Source of the DNA: Octopus vulgaris
Lineage: Eukaryota
Assembly: GCA_951406725.2 (NCBI GenBank)
Contig: OX597824.1
Coordinates: forward strand, 80,724,001-80,788,000
Direction: 5' to 3'
DNA length: 64,000 nt
A model generated the notes under the pieces. It saw nothing but the letters and a program-made list of their open reading frames with translations, was not told where the DNA came from and did no database searches. Positions within the stretch are counted from its first letter, which is position 1. Each line of letters opens with the position of its first letter. The translations under genes and the position numbers were made by a program. Positions 13,182 through 27,539 of the stretch are shown piece by piece.

Positions 13182-13215
13182 TCTAGAGGGCATTATTACA
13201 CATAAATGCCGCACG
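13094..13215. repeat. Near-perfect palindrome centred on (AT)n
   Basis: cgtgcggcatttatgtgtaataatgccctctagatgaatat and its exact reverse complement flank an AT run. Confidence 0.95.
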
Positions 13216-13612
13216 CTAGGAGGGACTCTTAAAGTCAAAACTACTAAAATAAATAAGCATATTGTACCGAATGCAACTCTCGAAGCAAGTCATTTAAAAA
13301 CAGAATTCAGCTGCAGATCACCTGTGATTTCGTAATCAGTGCAATGTTTTGCACTCTTTACTCATCAGTGCAAGCATAATGCAAGATTTATAATGAATGA
13401 TCAAAATCAACATGCCTGACGAACAATCATCGTATCCACCGTAGTGTATAGAACTGTTCACCCCCTATATATTTATGTAAATGGCGGGCTTTTTAGAATT
13501 GCATTTCGGCAACAACGTGCTTATTCGGAATAAAAATTCAGTATTGAATATACTCCGGATAAATTTATAATTTAGAAATAGGATAAGATCTTCATAAGAA
13601 TTTATTAAGTAG

Positions 13613-13710
13613 TTAGCGTGAAAAATCTCATAAGAGAAAAAAATCCACCAAATATATTTCAGTGAAAAAATTGGCGGATTTTTTTTCTCATATCAGATTT
13701 TTCACGCTAA
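13613..13710. repeat. Inverted repeat / small hairpin element
   Basis: ttagcgtgaaaaatct..gagaaaaaaatcc.ccaa / ttggcggattttttttctc..agatttttcacgctaa. Confidence 0.8.
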
Positions 13711-13729
13711 AGACTTGACCGCCAATGCT

Positions 13730-14200
13730 GATCGATAAAATAACTTAGTGGTTCGCCAAAGGAGATCAATAAAATAATGAAGCGGTTCGCCAAACGTGAT
13801 CGATAGAATCACTTAGCGGTTCGCCAAACATGATCGATAAAAGAACTTAGCGGTTCGCCAAAGGTGATCGAAAAACTAACTTAGCGGTTCGCCAAAGGTG
13901 TGCGATAAACTAACTTAGCGGTTCGCCAAACCATATCGATATACTAACTTAGTGATTCGCCAGAGGATATCAATGAAATAACTTAGCGGTTCGCCATAGT
14001 GGCTCGATAAAATAAAATAGCGGTTCGCCAAACGTGTTCGATAAAATAAACTATCAGTTCGCCAAACTGGATCTATAAAATAAGTTAGCGATTCGCCAAA
14101 GGTGTATCGATAAAATAACATAGCAGTTTGCCAAAGGTGTTCGATAAAATAACTTAGTGGTTCGCCAAACCTGATCAATAAAATAACTTAGCGGGTCAAC
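13730..14200 (+). repeat. 34-bp minisatellite, ~14 units
   Basis: Consensus gatcgataaaataacttagcggttcgccaaaggt; contiguous units, no spacers. Confidence 0.92.
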
Positions 14201-14569
14201 CAAGGGTATGAACGCTTGGTTCCAGCAATCTCACTCTGATTCTTCTGCAGGTAAATCCGAGTTCGCTTCTCTGGATTATGAATATGCAGGGGAGTAGAAA
14301 TTCCGGACGTTTAGCAAGAATATGAAGACATCATATGTACATCTTCAAATTTTGCTTTTGATCTAAAAGCATAATCTAGGTGGTTAAAATGACTGATGCG
14401 TGTTTCTGCTGCACAGATTACGTGTAGCTGTTTAAGCACAATTGCAGAGCAATATTCTGGAATGCCCGTTCATTCAGGGTCTTTCTATACACGTATACAC
14501 ACGTACATACACACACACACATACACACACACACACATACACACACATATCTACATATATAGGAATACC

Positions 14570-14644
<75 letters not shown>

Positions 14645-14647
14645 CTT

Positions 14648-14686
<39 letters not shown>

Positions 14687-14691
14687 ATATA

Positions 14692-14852
14692 GGCACAGGA
14701 GTGGCTGTATGGTAAGTAGCTTGCTTACCAACCACATGGTTCCGGGTTCAGTCCCACAGCGTGCACCTTGGGCAAGTATTTTCTACTATAGCCTGGGGCC
14801 GACCAAAATATTGTGAGTGGATTTGGTAGACGGAAACTGGAAGAAGCCCATC

Positions 14853-14911
<59 letters not shown>

Positions 14912-15021
14912 CGTGAGTGCCCCCCACCCAACACCGCTTGACAACGGATGCCGGTGTGTTTACATCCCCGTAACCTAGTGGTTCGGCGAATGACAACGAT
15001 AGAATAAGTACTAGGCCTACA

Positions 15022-15022
<1 letters not shown>
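14692..15022 (+). mobile_element. SINE family A, 3' end replaced by (AAT)n
   Basis: Head, CORE-like segment and body match; runs into (AAT)n at 15023-15082. Confidence 0.88.
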
Positions 15023-15083
<61 letters not shown>

Positions 15084-15107
15084 GTAAAAGGGTGTGTATA
15101 TATATAT

Positions 15108-15300
15108 TCTTTTACTTGTTTCAGTCATTTGACTGCGGCCATGCTGGAGCACCGCCTTTAGTCGAGCAAATCGACCCCGGGACTTATTCTTTGTAAGCCC
15201 AGTACTTATTCTATCGGCCTCTTTTGCCGAACCGCTAAGTGACGGGGACGTAAACACACCAGCATCGGTTGTCAAGCAATGCAAGGGGGACAAACACAAA
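15108..15300 (-). mobile_element. SINE family A, 3' half
   Basis: ttacttgtttcagtcatttgactgcggccatgctggagcaccgcc... Confidence 0.88.
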
Positions 15301-15974
15301 CACACAAACATATACACACACACTTATATATATATACACACACTTATATATATATACATATATATCTACATATATATGTCTGTCTGTATGTATGTATGTA
15401 TGTATGTATGTCGAAGGGGAATTTTGTCAAGGTTCCAGCGTTCAACAAATTATAACAACATATTATCCAAGACATATTGTCATCTCGCCCACTTCCTGTA
15501 TAAAACCTGAAGTCACCTCTTTCTAGCTGTCACAGACGTAACCGCACTCACAAGCACACGAGAAAGACGCATATACATTCACTCATACCCCTTATAGACA
15601 TACGTTTGCGCACATAAATACAAACCACAGATTTCTCAGATTAACTCGCTCCTTAACTCATTAAGAATACAATAGGGCCTTTATTTAAAATCTGACACAT
15701 TTAATTCGTATAGGGTATAAGCGTTTTCTACGTGCTTTCTTTGGCTGTAGGCATGAGACTGTATGAATATATATTTGTGTATTTGTGACTGTCTGCATGC
15801 GAGCTGGGCATTGCGTATCCTGTGTGTGCCTGTGTGTATGCTTGTGCGAATGTGTGTGAATACATATGTATATCTATGCGTAAATATAAATATGTATATG
15901 TATGTGTAGTTGAATATTTATATGTTATATATATACCTATACATATGTAAGCATGTGTTAGTATGTAGGTATAG

Positions 15975-16055
<81 letters not shown>

Positions 16056-16727
16056 CAAATACATATATATATATACAAATACATATATATATATATATGT
16101 ATATGAATATATGCATATATAAATATATATACATATACATGTGCATATATGCATACACACAAACACCTTGGCATACTTAAAATATATATAGCTACTTCCA
16201 TGCGCATACGCACACATTTTTGCCTAGAGGCACATATAAATAATGCGTGTATATACGTTTGTTTACGTACGTAAGTATGTATATTGCATGTATATACGTG
16301 TGTGTGTGAGTGCGCATTTATACATACATCTGTATATATGAAAATAATTATAATCATATATACATAAATATATAATAATATGCTCACGTGCATACATAAT
16401 ATATATGTACATAAATACATGTATATGAATATATCGACACGCACGCACGCAAACATACAAACGCATATATATTACCATATCGGAACCACACACTCACATA
16501 CATATAATAAGAATAATAGTATACGAATACACATGTTCTAATACAACCAATGATTCCCATATGTCTGAAACGGTAATGATGTTCAAATGATAATGATGTT
16601 CGCAGACACGGCATTATCGTGAGAAAATTCGATGTTTTTCGGCAGCCATCTGGAATAGGTAACTCTACCCGACTACGAAGACCTGAGTACAGGATACACC
16701 CAACAGTAAGGTGTTATAATTAATATA

Positions 16728-16800
<73 letters not shown>

Positions 16801-16849
16801 CTTTATATATGCTTTATATATGTCAACTGGAACCTTCGTCGTCGTACTA

Positions 16850-17022
16850 TTCTTTTACTCTTTTACTCTTTTTCTTGTTTCAGTCATTTGACTGCGGCCG
16901 TGCTGGAGCACCGCCTTTAATCGAGCAACTCGACCCCGAGACTTATTCTTTTGTAAGCCCAATACTTATTTTATCGGTCCCTCTTGCCGAAAGTAACGGG
17001 GACATAAATACACCAGCATCGG
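16850..17022 (-). mobile_element. SINE family A, 3' half
   Basis: Tail (tcttttac)n and body match. Confidence 0.85.
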
Positions 17023-17053
17023 TGTATATATATATATATATATATATATTACG

Positions 17054-17352
17054 ACGTGCAAGTGGCTGAGCACTCCACAGACACGTGTACCCTTAACGTA
17101 GTTTTCGGGGGAGATTCAGCGTGACACAGAGTGTGACAAGGCTGGCCCTTTGAAATACAGGTACAACAGAAACAGGAAGAGTGAGAGAAATTTCTGGTTG
17201 AAAGAGTACAGCAGGGTTCGCCAGCATCCCCTGCCGGAGCCTCGTAGGGCTTTAGGTGTTTTCACTCAATAAACACTCACAACGCCCACTCTGGGAATCG
17301 AAACCGCGATCCTATGACCACAGTCCGCTGCCCTAACCACTGGGCCATTGCG

Positions 17353-17353
<1 letters not shown>
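17054..17353 (-). mobile_element. SINE family C (tRNA-Arg-like head), tail type 1
   Basis: Minus strand gcgcaatggcccagtggttagggcagcggact...ggtttcgattccc; tail ctacgttaagggtacacgtgtctgtggagtgctcagccacttgcacgt. Confidence 0.88.
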
Positions 17354-17390
<37 letters not shown>

Positions 17391-17869
17391 TATATAATAT
17401 AATATATATATACATATATATATATAAAATATACCATATATATACATGCATACACACACACACATATGTACGTATTTATATGGAGCGAGTGGAGCAAGAA
17501 CATAGATATATATTATGCATTATGTATGCTATGTACCAGGGACCTTGTATATGCACAACTGTATAGTTGTTTTTCTCTTGCTCTTGGTCTCGGAGGGGCG
17601 GCAAAGAAGTGCACGAAATCCTCTCTGCAGGTGGCGTTGTAGCAAAGCATTTAAATAAATTAAATATCAGTCAAACACTGTTGTAATTGTTATCGACTTG
17701 CCTGCTTCCTTCAAAATTGCTTGCTTTGAGCCCTGCAGAGGGTTGAACGGGAAAGCGAACCTCAGCTGCATTTGAACTTAGAACATAAAGAACCAGAAAA
17801 AAATTACTGCCAAACATTCTGTCCGACTTGCTAAAAATTCTGACAACTGGCCACCATAAAATCGTGTAC

Positions 17870-17904
<35 letters not shown>

Positions 17905-18089
17905 TGTATGTATGTATGTATGTGTGTATGTATGTATGTATGTATGTGTGTATGTATGTATGTATGTATGTATATCTATAAATGCTCATTTATACTTATA
18001 TGATAAACTTCTGGAAAGTTTTACAGATTTTTACAGTTCCAGTGATGGATCGGATCTGTACGAGATTCAAATTTTCAAATTTTAGCACA

Positions 18090-18262
18090 AGGCCAGCAAT
18101 TTCGAGGGCGGTGATAAGTAAATTACAGTTTACCTTAGTACTGAGCTGGCACTAATTTTCATACAAAAGCCAAGCCGACCACCGCGGAATTTGAACAGAG
18201 AACAGAGATGGGCGAAATCCCGTTTTGTTCGGTCCGGTAACGATTCCGCCAGTTCGCAGCCT
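18090..18262 (-). mobile_element. SINE family B, degenerate
   Basis: gcggaatttgaac...taacgattccgccagttcgc matches the reverse of the family B head. Confidence 0.65.
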
Positions 18263-18512
18263 ACCTATCTTTCAACATAAGCATATATATATATATATAC
18301 ACACACACATACATACATACACACACACACACACATACATACACACACACGATCACACATAGACAGACACGCACACTTACACACACACATTAATATTTAT
18401 ATATATATATATACATATATGAATATATATGTATACATTCATGCAAACATACATACATACATACGTAAGCACATACATACGTAAGTACATACATGCATAC
18501 ATACGTACGTAC

Positions 18513-18548
<36 letters not shown>

Positions 18549-19324
18549 GTACGTACGTACATACATGCATACATATATACATATATGCATACATACATAC
18601 ATACATTCATACATACATACTTGCTTACATACATATATACGTAAACATGTACGTAAGTACATACATGAATACATACATACATACATACATACATACATAC
18701 ATACATACATACATACATACATACATAACACAATATAGGTTTGTTTATGTGTAATGTAAACACTGTTTCCATTTGTGGACTGCGATTTTTTCCCCAATCG
18801 AACCCGCGTCGGGAGTGGACGCAATCGGGCAGACAAGAAACCTCTGTTAACACTGTAAATAAACATGCAACAAAATGTAAACACTTTAAACACATGTACG
18901 TATTGAACATTTATATTTGTTATCACCACAAACCCATTAAAATAATCCACAAACGCATCTGCATATATTTGAACGTGGGTGGCACAAGAAACACACACAC
19001 ACTCACATATATATATTTGCATATATACATATATATAAATATAAACAGATTTAGGTACGTATATATAAACATAAATATATACATATATATATACGTATGT
19101 ATATATATATTATATATACATATACATATATACATATAAAAATATGTAGATGTATGTATATGTATATCTATCTATCGCTTTCGGTCTGTTTGTTTGCATG
19201 TCTGCCTGTATACACACACACACACACACACACACACATAAATGTATGAATGAATTTATATCAACGAGTTTATTGTACAGTGAAATATAAAAATTTCTGT
19301 GTGGGTGTAAATTTATATACATAC

Positions 19325-19495
<171 letters not shown>

Positions 19496-19740
19496 ATCCG
19501 TGTGTGTGTGTGTGTCTGTTGTTGGTGTCCATGTGTCTGTGTGTCTTCATGAGCAGGTGATTAAGTATAAATAAACAGATGAAGATTTCCTCGTCAACAA
19601 TGAATCTCTGTAAAATATTGCACTCAATTTTGTCGGTGTCTATTTGCATAATACTTTAACAGTTTGATGTGTGTGTCTGTGTATATATATTTACATTCAT
19701 ACTTATATATGTATACACACAGACACATACAAACACAGAC

Positions 19741-19780
<40 letters not shown>

Positions 19781-19841
19781 ACAGACACACATATATATAT
19801 ATATATATATAAACGTACATATATGGGTGGCGTTCTGTACA

Positions 19842-19873
<32 letters not shown>

Positions 19874-19883
19874 AATAAATATA

Positions 19884-19953
<70 letters not shown>

Positions 19954-20863
19954 TTCATGTATATGCTTATATATATATATACATATATGTAATATTTGTG
20001 TAAAAAATGTGTCTATCTATATGTATTTATGTGTGTGTGTGTATGTGTATGTGCTTGCGCATGTGTGTACGTGTGGTGGGGATATGTATTTGCGAATAGA
20101 AATTTATCTATGCATATGTCTTTGATTTTGCGCTCTTCATTGTTAATTCCTGAACACAAGACACTTTCAGCCATACATATGTGTATAGGAGTGAAGTTTC
20201 CACACGCGATGATTAAACAGTATGTCCACATACAAGCGTACAAACGATAAAGCACTACATCATGTTATGCTTGTATGCTCATATCATTGTTAAATTTCAT
20301 ATCGCGCACAATGTTTTGCACGTCAATAACAATTCAATCCTCTGTCGAAACCATTTTGTCTCTTTGCAATTACGAAAGTTATATAATCAACACCAACGCT
20401 CTTTTCATGTTGAATAGATGGCCAAGTGTCATCTATTATCTCCAAGTGTCATCGTAAGAGCAATTGCAAATCTTTCACCTTGAACCGGAGCTGTCTATAT
20501 CCAAAGCTAGAGTTCTTGAAGATTGCTTAAATGAAAAGATTGATAAAATATGCGAAAAAGTAATAATTTAAGGTGGAATTATACTTATATATTAATAGTT
20601 ATCGCCATACTAATATGGCAGTCTTATAAACATAAGACTAAAGCTGTTGCTGATTAGCTCCAAGAGGCCACCGCCTCAAGCTAGCTATGTAACATGTCTG
20701 TAGCTGAAACAAGGAGAGAAAACAATGTGTGAAGTGGCTTGCACCTCTCCTACCTATGGATTACTGTGGACTCTACTTTTGATTATATATATATGTATAT
20801 GTATATATGTATATATGTATATATGTATGTATGTATATAGGTATATATGTATATATATATATG

Positions 20864-20909
<46 letters not shown>

Positions 20910-21245
20910 AGAAAGAGAGAGATTAACGATATTGTTTTTTGTCGAGTCTCTTATTACGACAAAAACGCTATGAAAAAAACCGTTGAATAAAGGGAAGTTA
21001 CTCCAATATATAATATATAAGATATGTATATATGCTTTCGGTGCGAATGGCTTTGTTATACGGTGGTGTATTTTACAATACTGTAAATAATAATAATGGT
21101 ATTTTTATATAAGCTTAGAGGTTAAGGCGATCACCGTGCAATGACTAAGGGAAATAAACTAATAAAGGGGCATATAAGCCCTCGACAGAAAATTAATGCT
21201 TTTCTATCTGCATGGAACTCGAACCTACTTCTCTTTGTTAACGCA

Positions 21246-21276
<31 letters not shown>

Positions 21277-21437
21277 TAACAATTTTGCTAGTTTCAAACA
21301 TCTATGTACATATGTGTGTCTTTAAGTATTTTTGTACTATGTGTATTTATTTGTCTATCTTTCCAGGTTCCCCCTCAGAGATGTATAATGAATATACACG
21401 TATACATACATACATAGACATGTGGAAATATAAATAA

Positions 21438-21498
<61 letters not shown>

Positions 21499-21556
21499 TA
21501 CATACATAAATATATACATGTATATATACATACATATTCACAGACATATAGGTACA

Positions 21557-21603
<47 letters not shown>

Positions 21604-21620
21604 CACATACACAAATACGC

Positions 21621-21678
<58 letters not shown>

Positions 21679-22119
21679 CAGTATTGAAGGTAACCCATGT
21701 TCGAGCGTGTATAGGAAGGATATAAGAAGAAACACGTAATATCGTTAATTATATTTGGCATTTCATATGGAACACTTTTTTAAAACTTAAAGCTAGAAAT
21801 TTGACCTTTGTTGGAACAAATGACTTGTAAAATAAATTGCCTGTGTGTATGCAGGCTTGTATGATTGCCACATATGCACGCAGAAAACGCGTATGTATGT
21901 ATGTATGCATGTATGTATGTATGTATGTATGTATGTATGTATGTATGTATGTATGTACGCAGAATATATGTATGTATGTAGGTATACTTACACATATATT
22001 TATATATACTAAATATATGTATATATATATGTATGTTTAGATGTATAAACACACATACACACACATGTGTGTATATACATACATATATATATATATATAT
22101 ACATACATACATATATATG

Positions 22120-22167
<48 letters not shown>

Positions 22168-24085
22168 TGTAGATACATGTTTGATTGTTTCTAATTATGT
22201 ATCTCTGAGAGTGAGTTTGTGTACGTATGTATATATGAATGTATGTATATATATGTTCTTATTCAGTTTTATTTCAAGGTTTCTTGCCAATAGAGCAAGA
22301 GCCGGTTCCGAACCATGATCCAAGGCTCCTTTATTGGAATTTCAACATCACCAACAAGGTATGTATGTATGTGTATGTGCAAATTTGTATATTTTGTTTT
22401 ATGTATGCATAATCATTCATATAGTTGCATATCTAGAGATGATAAACTTCTGCAAAGTTTTACACATTTTTAGAGTTTCAATGATAGATTGGATCTCTAG
22501 TCGTCGAATTAGCTTTCTCCTTTCTGGTTTCAAGACTGCTATATAGGCATTGTGTTAAATATCCTAGGGCCCCAATAATTACAAGTATAAACCGGAACCT
22601 GTAATCTGGATATGATAACTGCAGATTTCTCAATAGTTCAATGTAGGTATTTCCTTTTTCACTGATCTTCTGCTTTATGTTAACATCCGCTGGGCAGCTA
22701 ATTTCCACAACTGTGCACAGTTCCTCTTCTCTATTCCAAATCATTATATCATGTCTTTTGTGGTTACATTTTAGTACTGGTGGGACATTCTACCAGTACT
22801 CCCTTCTGCTATGAGTGGCTATGGCTTCTACCGTACTGTGGGTTCTAATTTCTTTATCCTCGGGGTTATCGTTCCGACGGATTTCATTATAGAATGTCCA
22901 AGCTACATCAGATCTAATCGGTAGATAATACCGTGATGACATTTTTGAACAACTGCTTATGATGTGGGTGATATCTTCGGTGTTTCTCCATAAATTCTGC
23001 ATCAATTGTCACATTTTACTGCATTTCCTGCATCTCTAGACTTTTTGTGCTTCAGGCACTTAGTTAATATTTCCTGTTCTTGAACTGAAAACGTATTCTC
23101 TTCAAAGTGAGAGATAGTAATCTGGTTATTCGTCCATGATAAACTGCTTTGATGATTAGTGTTCCTATCATCACGGAACTGTCTACTAACATATCCATGC
23201 ATAGTTTTCTGCTCATATATGCTCATCCTTTCATCTGATGATACATTGCGGTAGAGTCGTGTGACTTCTTCGGGCATATATTTAAGGTTATCAGACAAGG
23301 AATGTTGTTCAAGGAGCAGCCATCCAAGTCTTATGTACGCAAATTTGATCAAAGGATGTACTTCGACACTTGGTGGTTAAAAGATGTTGCCGAAGGGATG
23401 TGATACGACATTCAAAGGCATTTTGGATCGACGTTAAGCCTTTACCACGTTGTCTTGTTTTAGGTAGATGCGGTCTACGTCACTATGTTGAAATTATTTA
23501 TGTGTGCTTGTTAGTATTTTCCGAGTTTACACATCAATGGCTAGGATCTCATCAAGAGTCCAATCAAGCAGTCCAAATGTTGGTATGGGTATTGGTACGG
23601 CAAACACATTGTGGGCCACTACTGTATTGAATACAGAGAGTTGTGATGTCCAAATTTTCTTTATTCGGCTGTAATATTCTTTAGTGATAAACATTTTGTT
23701 TCAGGTGCCATTATATGATTTTCATCCACATCTAGATACCTGTAACATCCCTCAGGGGAAACAGTCAAGCCATTGATGGAGATGTTGCTAATCTGTTTAC
23801 AGCCCCCCCCTCCTTTTCACAACCATATAACATTTATCCTGACCAAACTTCAACCCTACATTCTTTGAGAATGTTGTAACTAGGTCAAGGTTCTTTTTCA
23901 TCTCGTCCATATTCTTGCGTAAATCTACAAAGAAAAAGTGTGTAGTTCTGGTATACCTGTTTCCTTGTTAACCAGTGAGATATCCTCCAGACTCCCTTAA
24001 CATCAAAAGAGGAGTTTATAGAAAGTATAAACAACATTATAGAGAGGCTGTCGCCTTGAAATATGCCTTTGTGATACTATATTCT

Positions 24086-24316
24086 TATTTCTTCATTTCC
24101 CACAAGGGGATAAACATAGAGGAGACAAACAAGGACAGAAAAAGGGATTAAGTCAATTACATCGACCCCAGTACGTAACTGGTACTTAATTTATCGACCC
24201 CGAAAGGATGAAAGGCAAAGTCGATCTCGGCGGAAATTGAACTCAGAACGTAAAGACAAACGAAATACCGGTAGGCATTGCGTCCGGCGTGCTAACGTTT
24301 CTGCCAGCTCGCCGCC
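24086..24316 (-). mobile_element. SINE family B inserted in the LINE
   Basis: Minus-strand head ggcggcgagctggcagaa, central cctttcggggtcgataaattaagtacc; TSD tttgtgatactatattct at 24068-24085 and 24317-24334. Confidence 0.93.
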
Positions 24317-24780
24317 TTTGTGATACTATATTCTATCAGTGATAATACAGTCACTCTTTGTGCTTAATTTCAAGATGGTGGTCTACGATGAAGTCAGGTC
24401 AGTTATGGCTTTGATTATGCTCACTGGAACTTTAGCAAGCTGAATGACTTCTCGCATCCGTTTGTTGATTAACAATTGCTCAGCTCATCCCCAGACTGCC
24501 TTCTTCCCAGCAGCTTGTTCTGCTGTGATGATGTTATTGCTTTCACAATGGTTCTGGAGGAAGAGGTTTAAGCTTGCTGTGTATATCTTATACATTAAGT
24601 TCTGGCATGCAGTTGGCCGGTAGTTTATTTTGCCATGTAAGTGGTTCTGCATTTGGGAATCTATTTTATCCCTGCCAGAGCTAAACAGTGCGGTATGTTA
24701 CTGTTGCCGATGAGAGCTTGCTGGTACACGTTGATAAGATATAGTCGAAAGAAGGTTAGCTTCTGGTATCAATACCTAAC

Positions 24781-25084
24781 GTGGAGTCACATCGCCTAGT
24801 GGTTAGAGCAGCGGACTCGCGGTCGAAGGATCGTGGGTTCCAAACTTAGACCGGGCAATGTGTGTGTTTATGAGAGAAACACCTAAACTCCACGCGGCTC
24901 CGACAGAAGGTAATGGCGAACTTCTGCTGACTCTTTCGTCACAACTTTCTCTCACTCTTTCCTCCTGCATCTTGCAGCTCACCAGCGACGGACCGGCGTC
25001 CCGTCCAGGTGGGGAACTTATACGCCAAGGAAACTGGGAAACCGGCCCTTATGAGCCAAGTGTGGCTCGAGAAGGAACAAACAA
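24781..25084 (+). mobile_element. SINE family C, tail type 2, inserted in the LINE
   Basis: cctagtggttagagcagcggactcgcggtcg head; TSD atcaatacctaac at 24768-24780 and 25085-25097. Confidence 0.92.
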
Positions 25085-25414
25085 ATCAATACCTAACCAT
25101 CAAGTCTCTTCCAGGTGCTTTTCCATCCTGGAGTTTCTAGATCGCAGTTTCAAGGGTATCACCATCAATGCTGTATGTCTTGAGTATAACGCAGGAGCAA
25201 TAACTTTTAGCATTTGTTCCAGCTACAGAGTATCTTGCTTAAACTCCTTATCTTATCCCCAGATTTTCCCCCAGGAGGAGTCTATATCTTCTCGTGAAGG
25301 AGCTTCAGTGAGGTTAATTACTCCTCCTCTCATGTCTTCGTATAGTGCTGCCTGGTTCTGGTTATGCTTTTTGTTTACTGGTCTTCTCTCGGTTATTCTC
25401 TTCTGATGTATGTA

Positions 25415-25543
25415 CAGGGTGATTCAAAAGTCACCATATATAGGAAAAATTTATTTTTTTATAAGAATTAGTTAAATAAAAAAAAAACTGTTTCTTATAA
25501 AAGAAAAATTGTTCTTATGCATGGCGACTTTTGAATCAGCCTG
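25415..25543. mobile_element. Tc1/mariner-type MITE
   Basis: TIRs cagggtgattcaaaagtcaccat / atggcgacttttgaatcagcctg, TA at left flank. Confidence 0.78.
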
Positions 25544-25545
25544 CA

Positions 25546-25593
25546 TATATGTATGTATGTATATATGTATGTATGTATGTATATATGTATGTA

Positions 25594-25629
<36 letters not shown>

Positions 25630-25697
25630 TGTATGTATGTATGTATGTATGTATGTATGTATGTATATATATATGTGTGTATATATATGTATGTATG

Positions 25698-25731
<34 letters not shown>

Positions 25732-25769
25732 TGTATGTATGTATGTATATATGTATGTATGTATATATG

Positions 25770-25805
<36 letters not shown>

Positions 25806-26043
25806 TAAATGTATGTATATATGTATGTATGTATATATGTATGTATGTATATATGTATGTATGTGTATGTGTATGTATGTATGTATGTATGTATGTATAT
25901 ATGTATGTATGTGTGTATGTATGTATGTATGTATGTATATATGTATGTATGTATATATGTATGTATGTGTATGTATGTATGTATGTATGTATGTATGTAT
26001 GTATGTATGTATGTATGTATGTATGTATGTATGTATGTATGTA
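25546..26043. repeat. (TATG)n microsatellite
   Basis: ~500-bp TATG/TA tract. Confidence 0.95.
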
Positions 26044-27333
26044 CAAGTACGTATGTGTGTGCCTAAGTTCGTTCTAAATATTTCGATATTCTTCGCTGTT
26101 CTTTCGTTGCTTCTGGTGTCATATTTATACATTTGTTGGATAATTACTGGGAAAATTCCACGTATTCTTTATGCATATATGTATGTATTCATCCATGAAT
26201 CAATGTAGATTTTCTCTGCACGCACACACACACACACACACACACACCTCTTTTTGCCTCTCTTCCCCACTCTCTCTCACCCCTCTCTCTCACGCTCATG
26301 TATACGACTCTATGCTATTCTGTGGGTTATAGCATACCTTTTAGACACTTTGTATTGAAAACTCGACTGTACTCTACTACGTGATTCTAATATGTTGTTC
26401 GTTAAATAAAAATGTTTACATGTATCCTTTACACTTTATCTGAAACAATGCTTTCCCAAATCTCTTAACATCAATTGTAGACTTTCGCACCTAACTACCA
26501 GAATATAAAATATTATTGTCGTATACAGCTGTCTGTTTTATCGCAGGCAGATGCAATAACTCTATAAAACATATCGCTTATATTTACTTAAACGCTGTCA
26601 CCACAACTTGGAATACCAACATTAGATTAATACGCCATTAACCACCTATCTATTATATTTATGACATGGAAATATCGTTCATTTATGCGTTTCATCGTTG
26701 CAGTATATTACGAGCAAAATCTCCATCATTATCATCGATTCTTATGGGAAATGTTATGTCATGTCCACTAAAACCTTTCTCTCTTCTCTTCTTTTGTGTT
26801 GTGTAATCGAGTACATTTCAATTGCTACGAATGTGTGCTTTATGTTTATGCCCAATGTAGTAGCAAGTATTTAGACATAAAACTTACACGTTTCCATTTG
26901 AATTTGGAAGTCACACTAGATCTTACTCGTTCATTTTCGGGTTTACAAATGTGTAGTTACTTTTTAATGAGGATAGATTTGACGTGAATATTTAGTTTAT
27001 TATATTACTAGACATTGTTTATGGTTCGGACTCATGTAATTCGTGCTTTGTTTTATGAGAATATTCGTCCAAGAATTCCATTACTTGTGTTCGTTTCTAT
27101 TCTTGTATTCTATTCACTGCTTAATTCTGCCTCAGATTTATGCTAAGGACAAACCTTTCAGTCTAATGATCAGACATGTATATTCCCCAGAACATCACAC
27201 ACACACACACACACACATACACATACACACACACATACATACACACATACGCGTACAAACACACACAAACTCACATATATGCATATGTATATATATACAC
27301 ACACACATACATACATACATACATACATACATT

Positions 27334-27383
<50 letters not shown>

Positions 27384-27386
27384 TAA

Positions 27387-27420
<34 letters not shown>

Positions 27421-27430
27421 GTACAACATA

Positions 27431-27537
27431 GGCGCAGGAGTGACTGGGTGGTAAGAACCTTGCTTCCTTGCCTCCCAACCACATGGTTCTGGGTTTAGTC
27501 CCACTGCGTGACATCTTCGGCAAGTGTCTTCTACTAT
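27431..27537 (+). mobile_element. SINE family A, 5' fragment
   Basis: ggcgcaggagtg..ccacatggttctgggtttagtcccactgcg..gcaagtgtcttctactata. Confidence 0.8.
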
Positions 27538-27539
27538 AT

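Larger units (their letters stand above)
22500..25405 (-). mobile_element. Decayed non-LTR retrotransposon with restriction-like endonuclease (R4/Dong-like)
   Basis: Minus-strand fragments YRPTACQNLMYKIYT and GIFQGDSLS (RT), EDITHIISSC (CCHC knuckle), DIMIWNREEELCTVVEISCP..EK..Y..L..IIGALG (RLE); many stops and frameshifts; two nested SINEs. Confidence 0.88.

Noticed and set aside
13730-14200. CRISPR-like array, or the repeat-protein ORF 13915-14178
   Set aside because: Units are contiguous without unique spacers, there are no cas genes, and the 34-bp period is not a multiple of three
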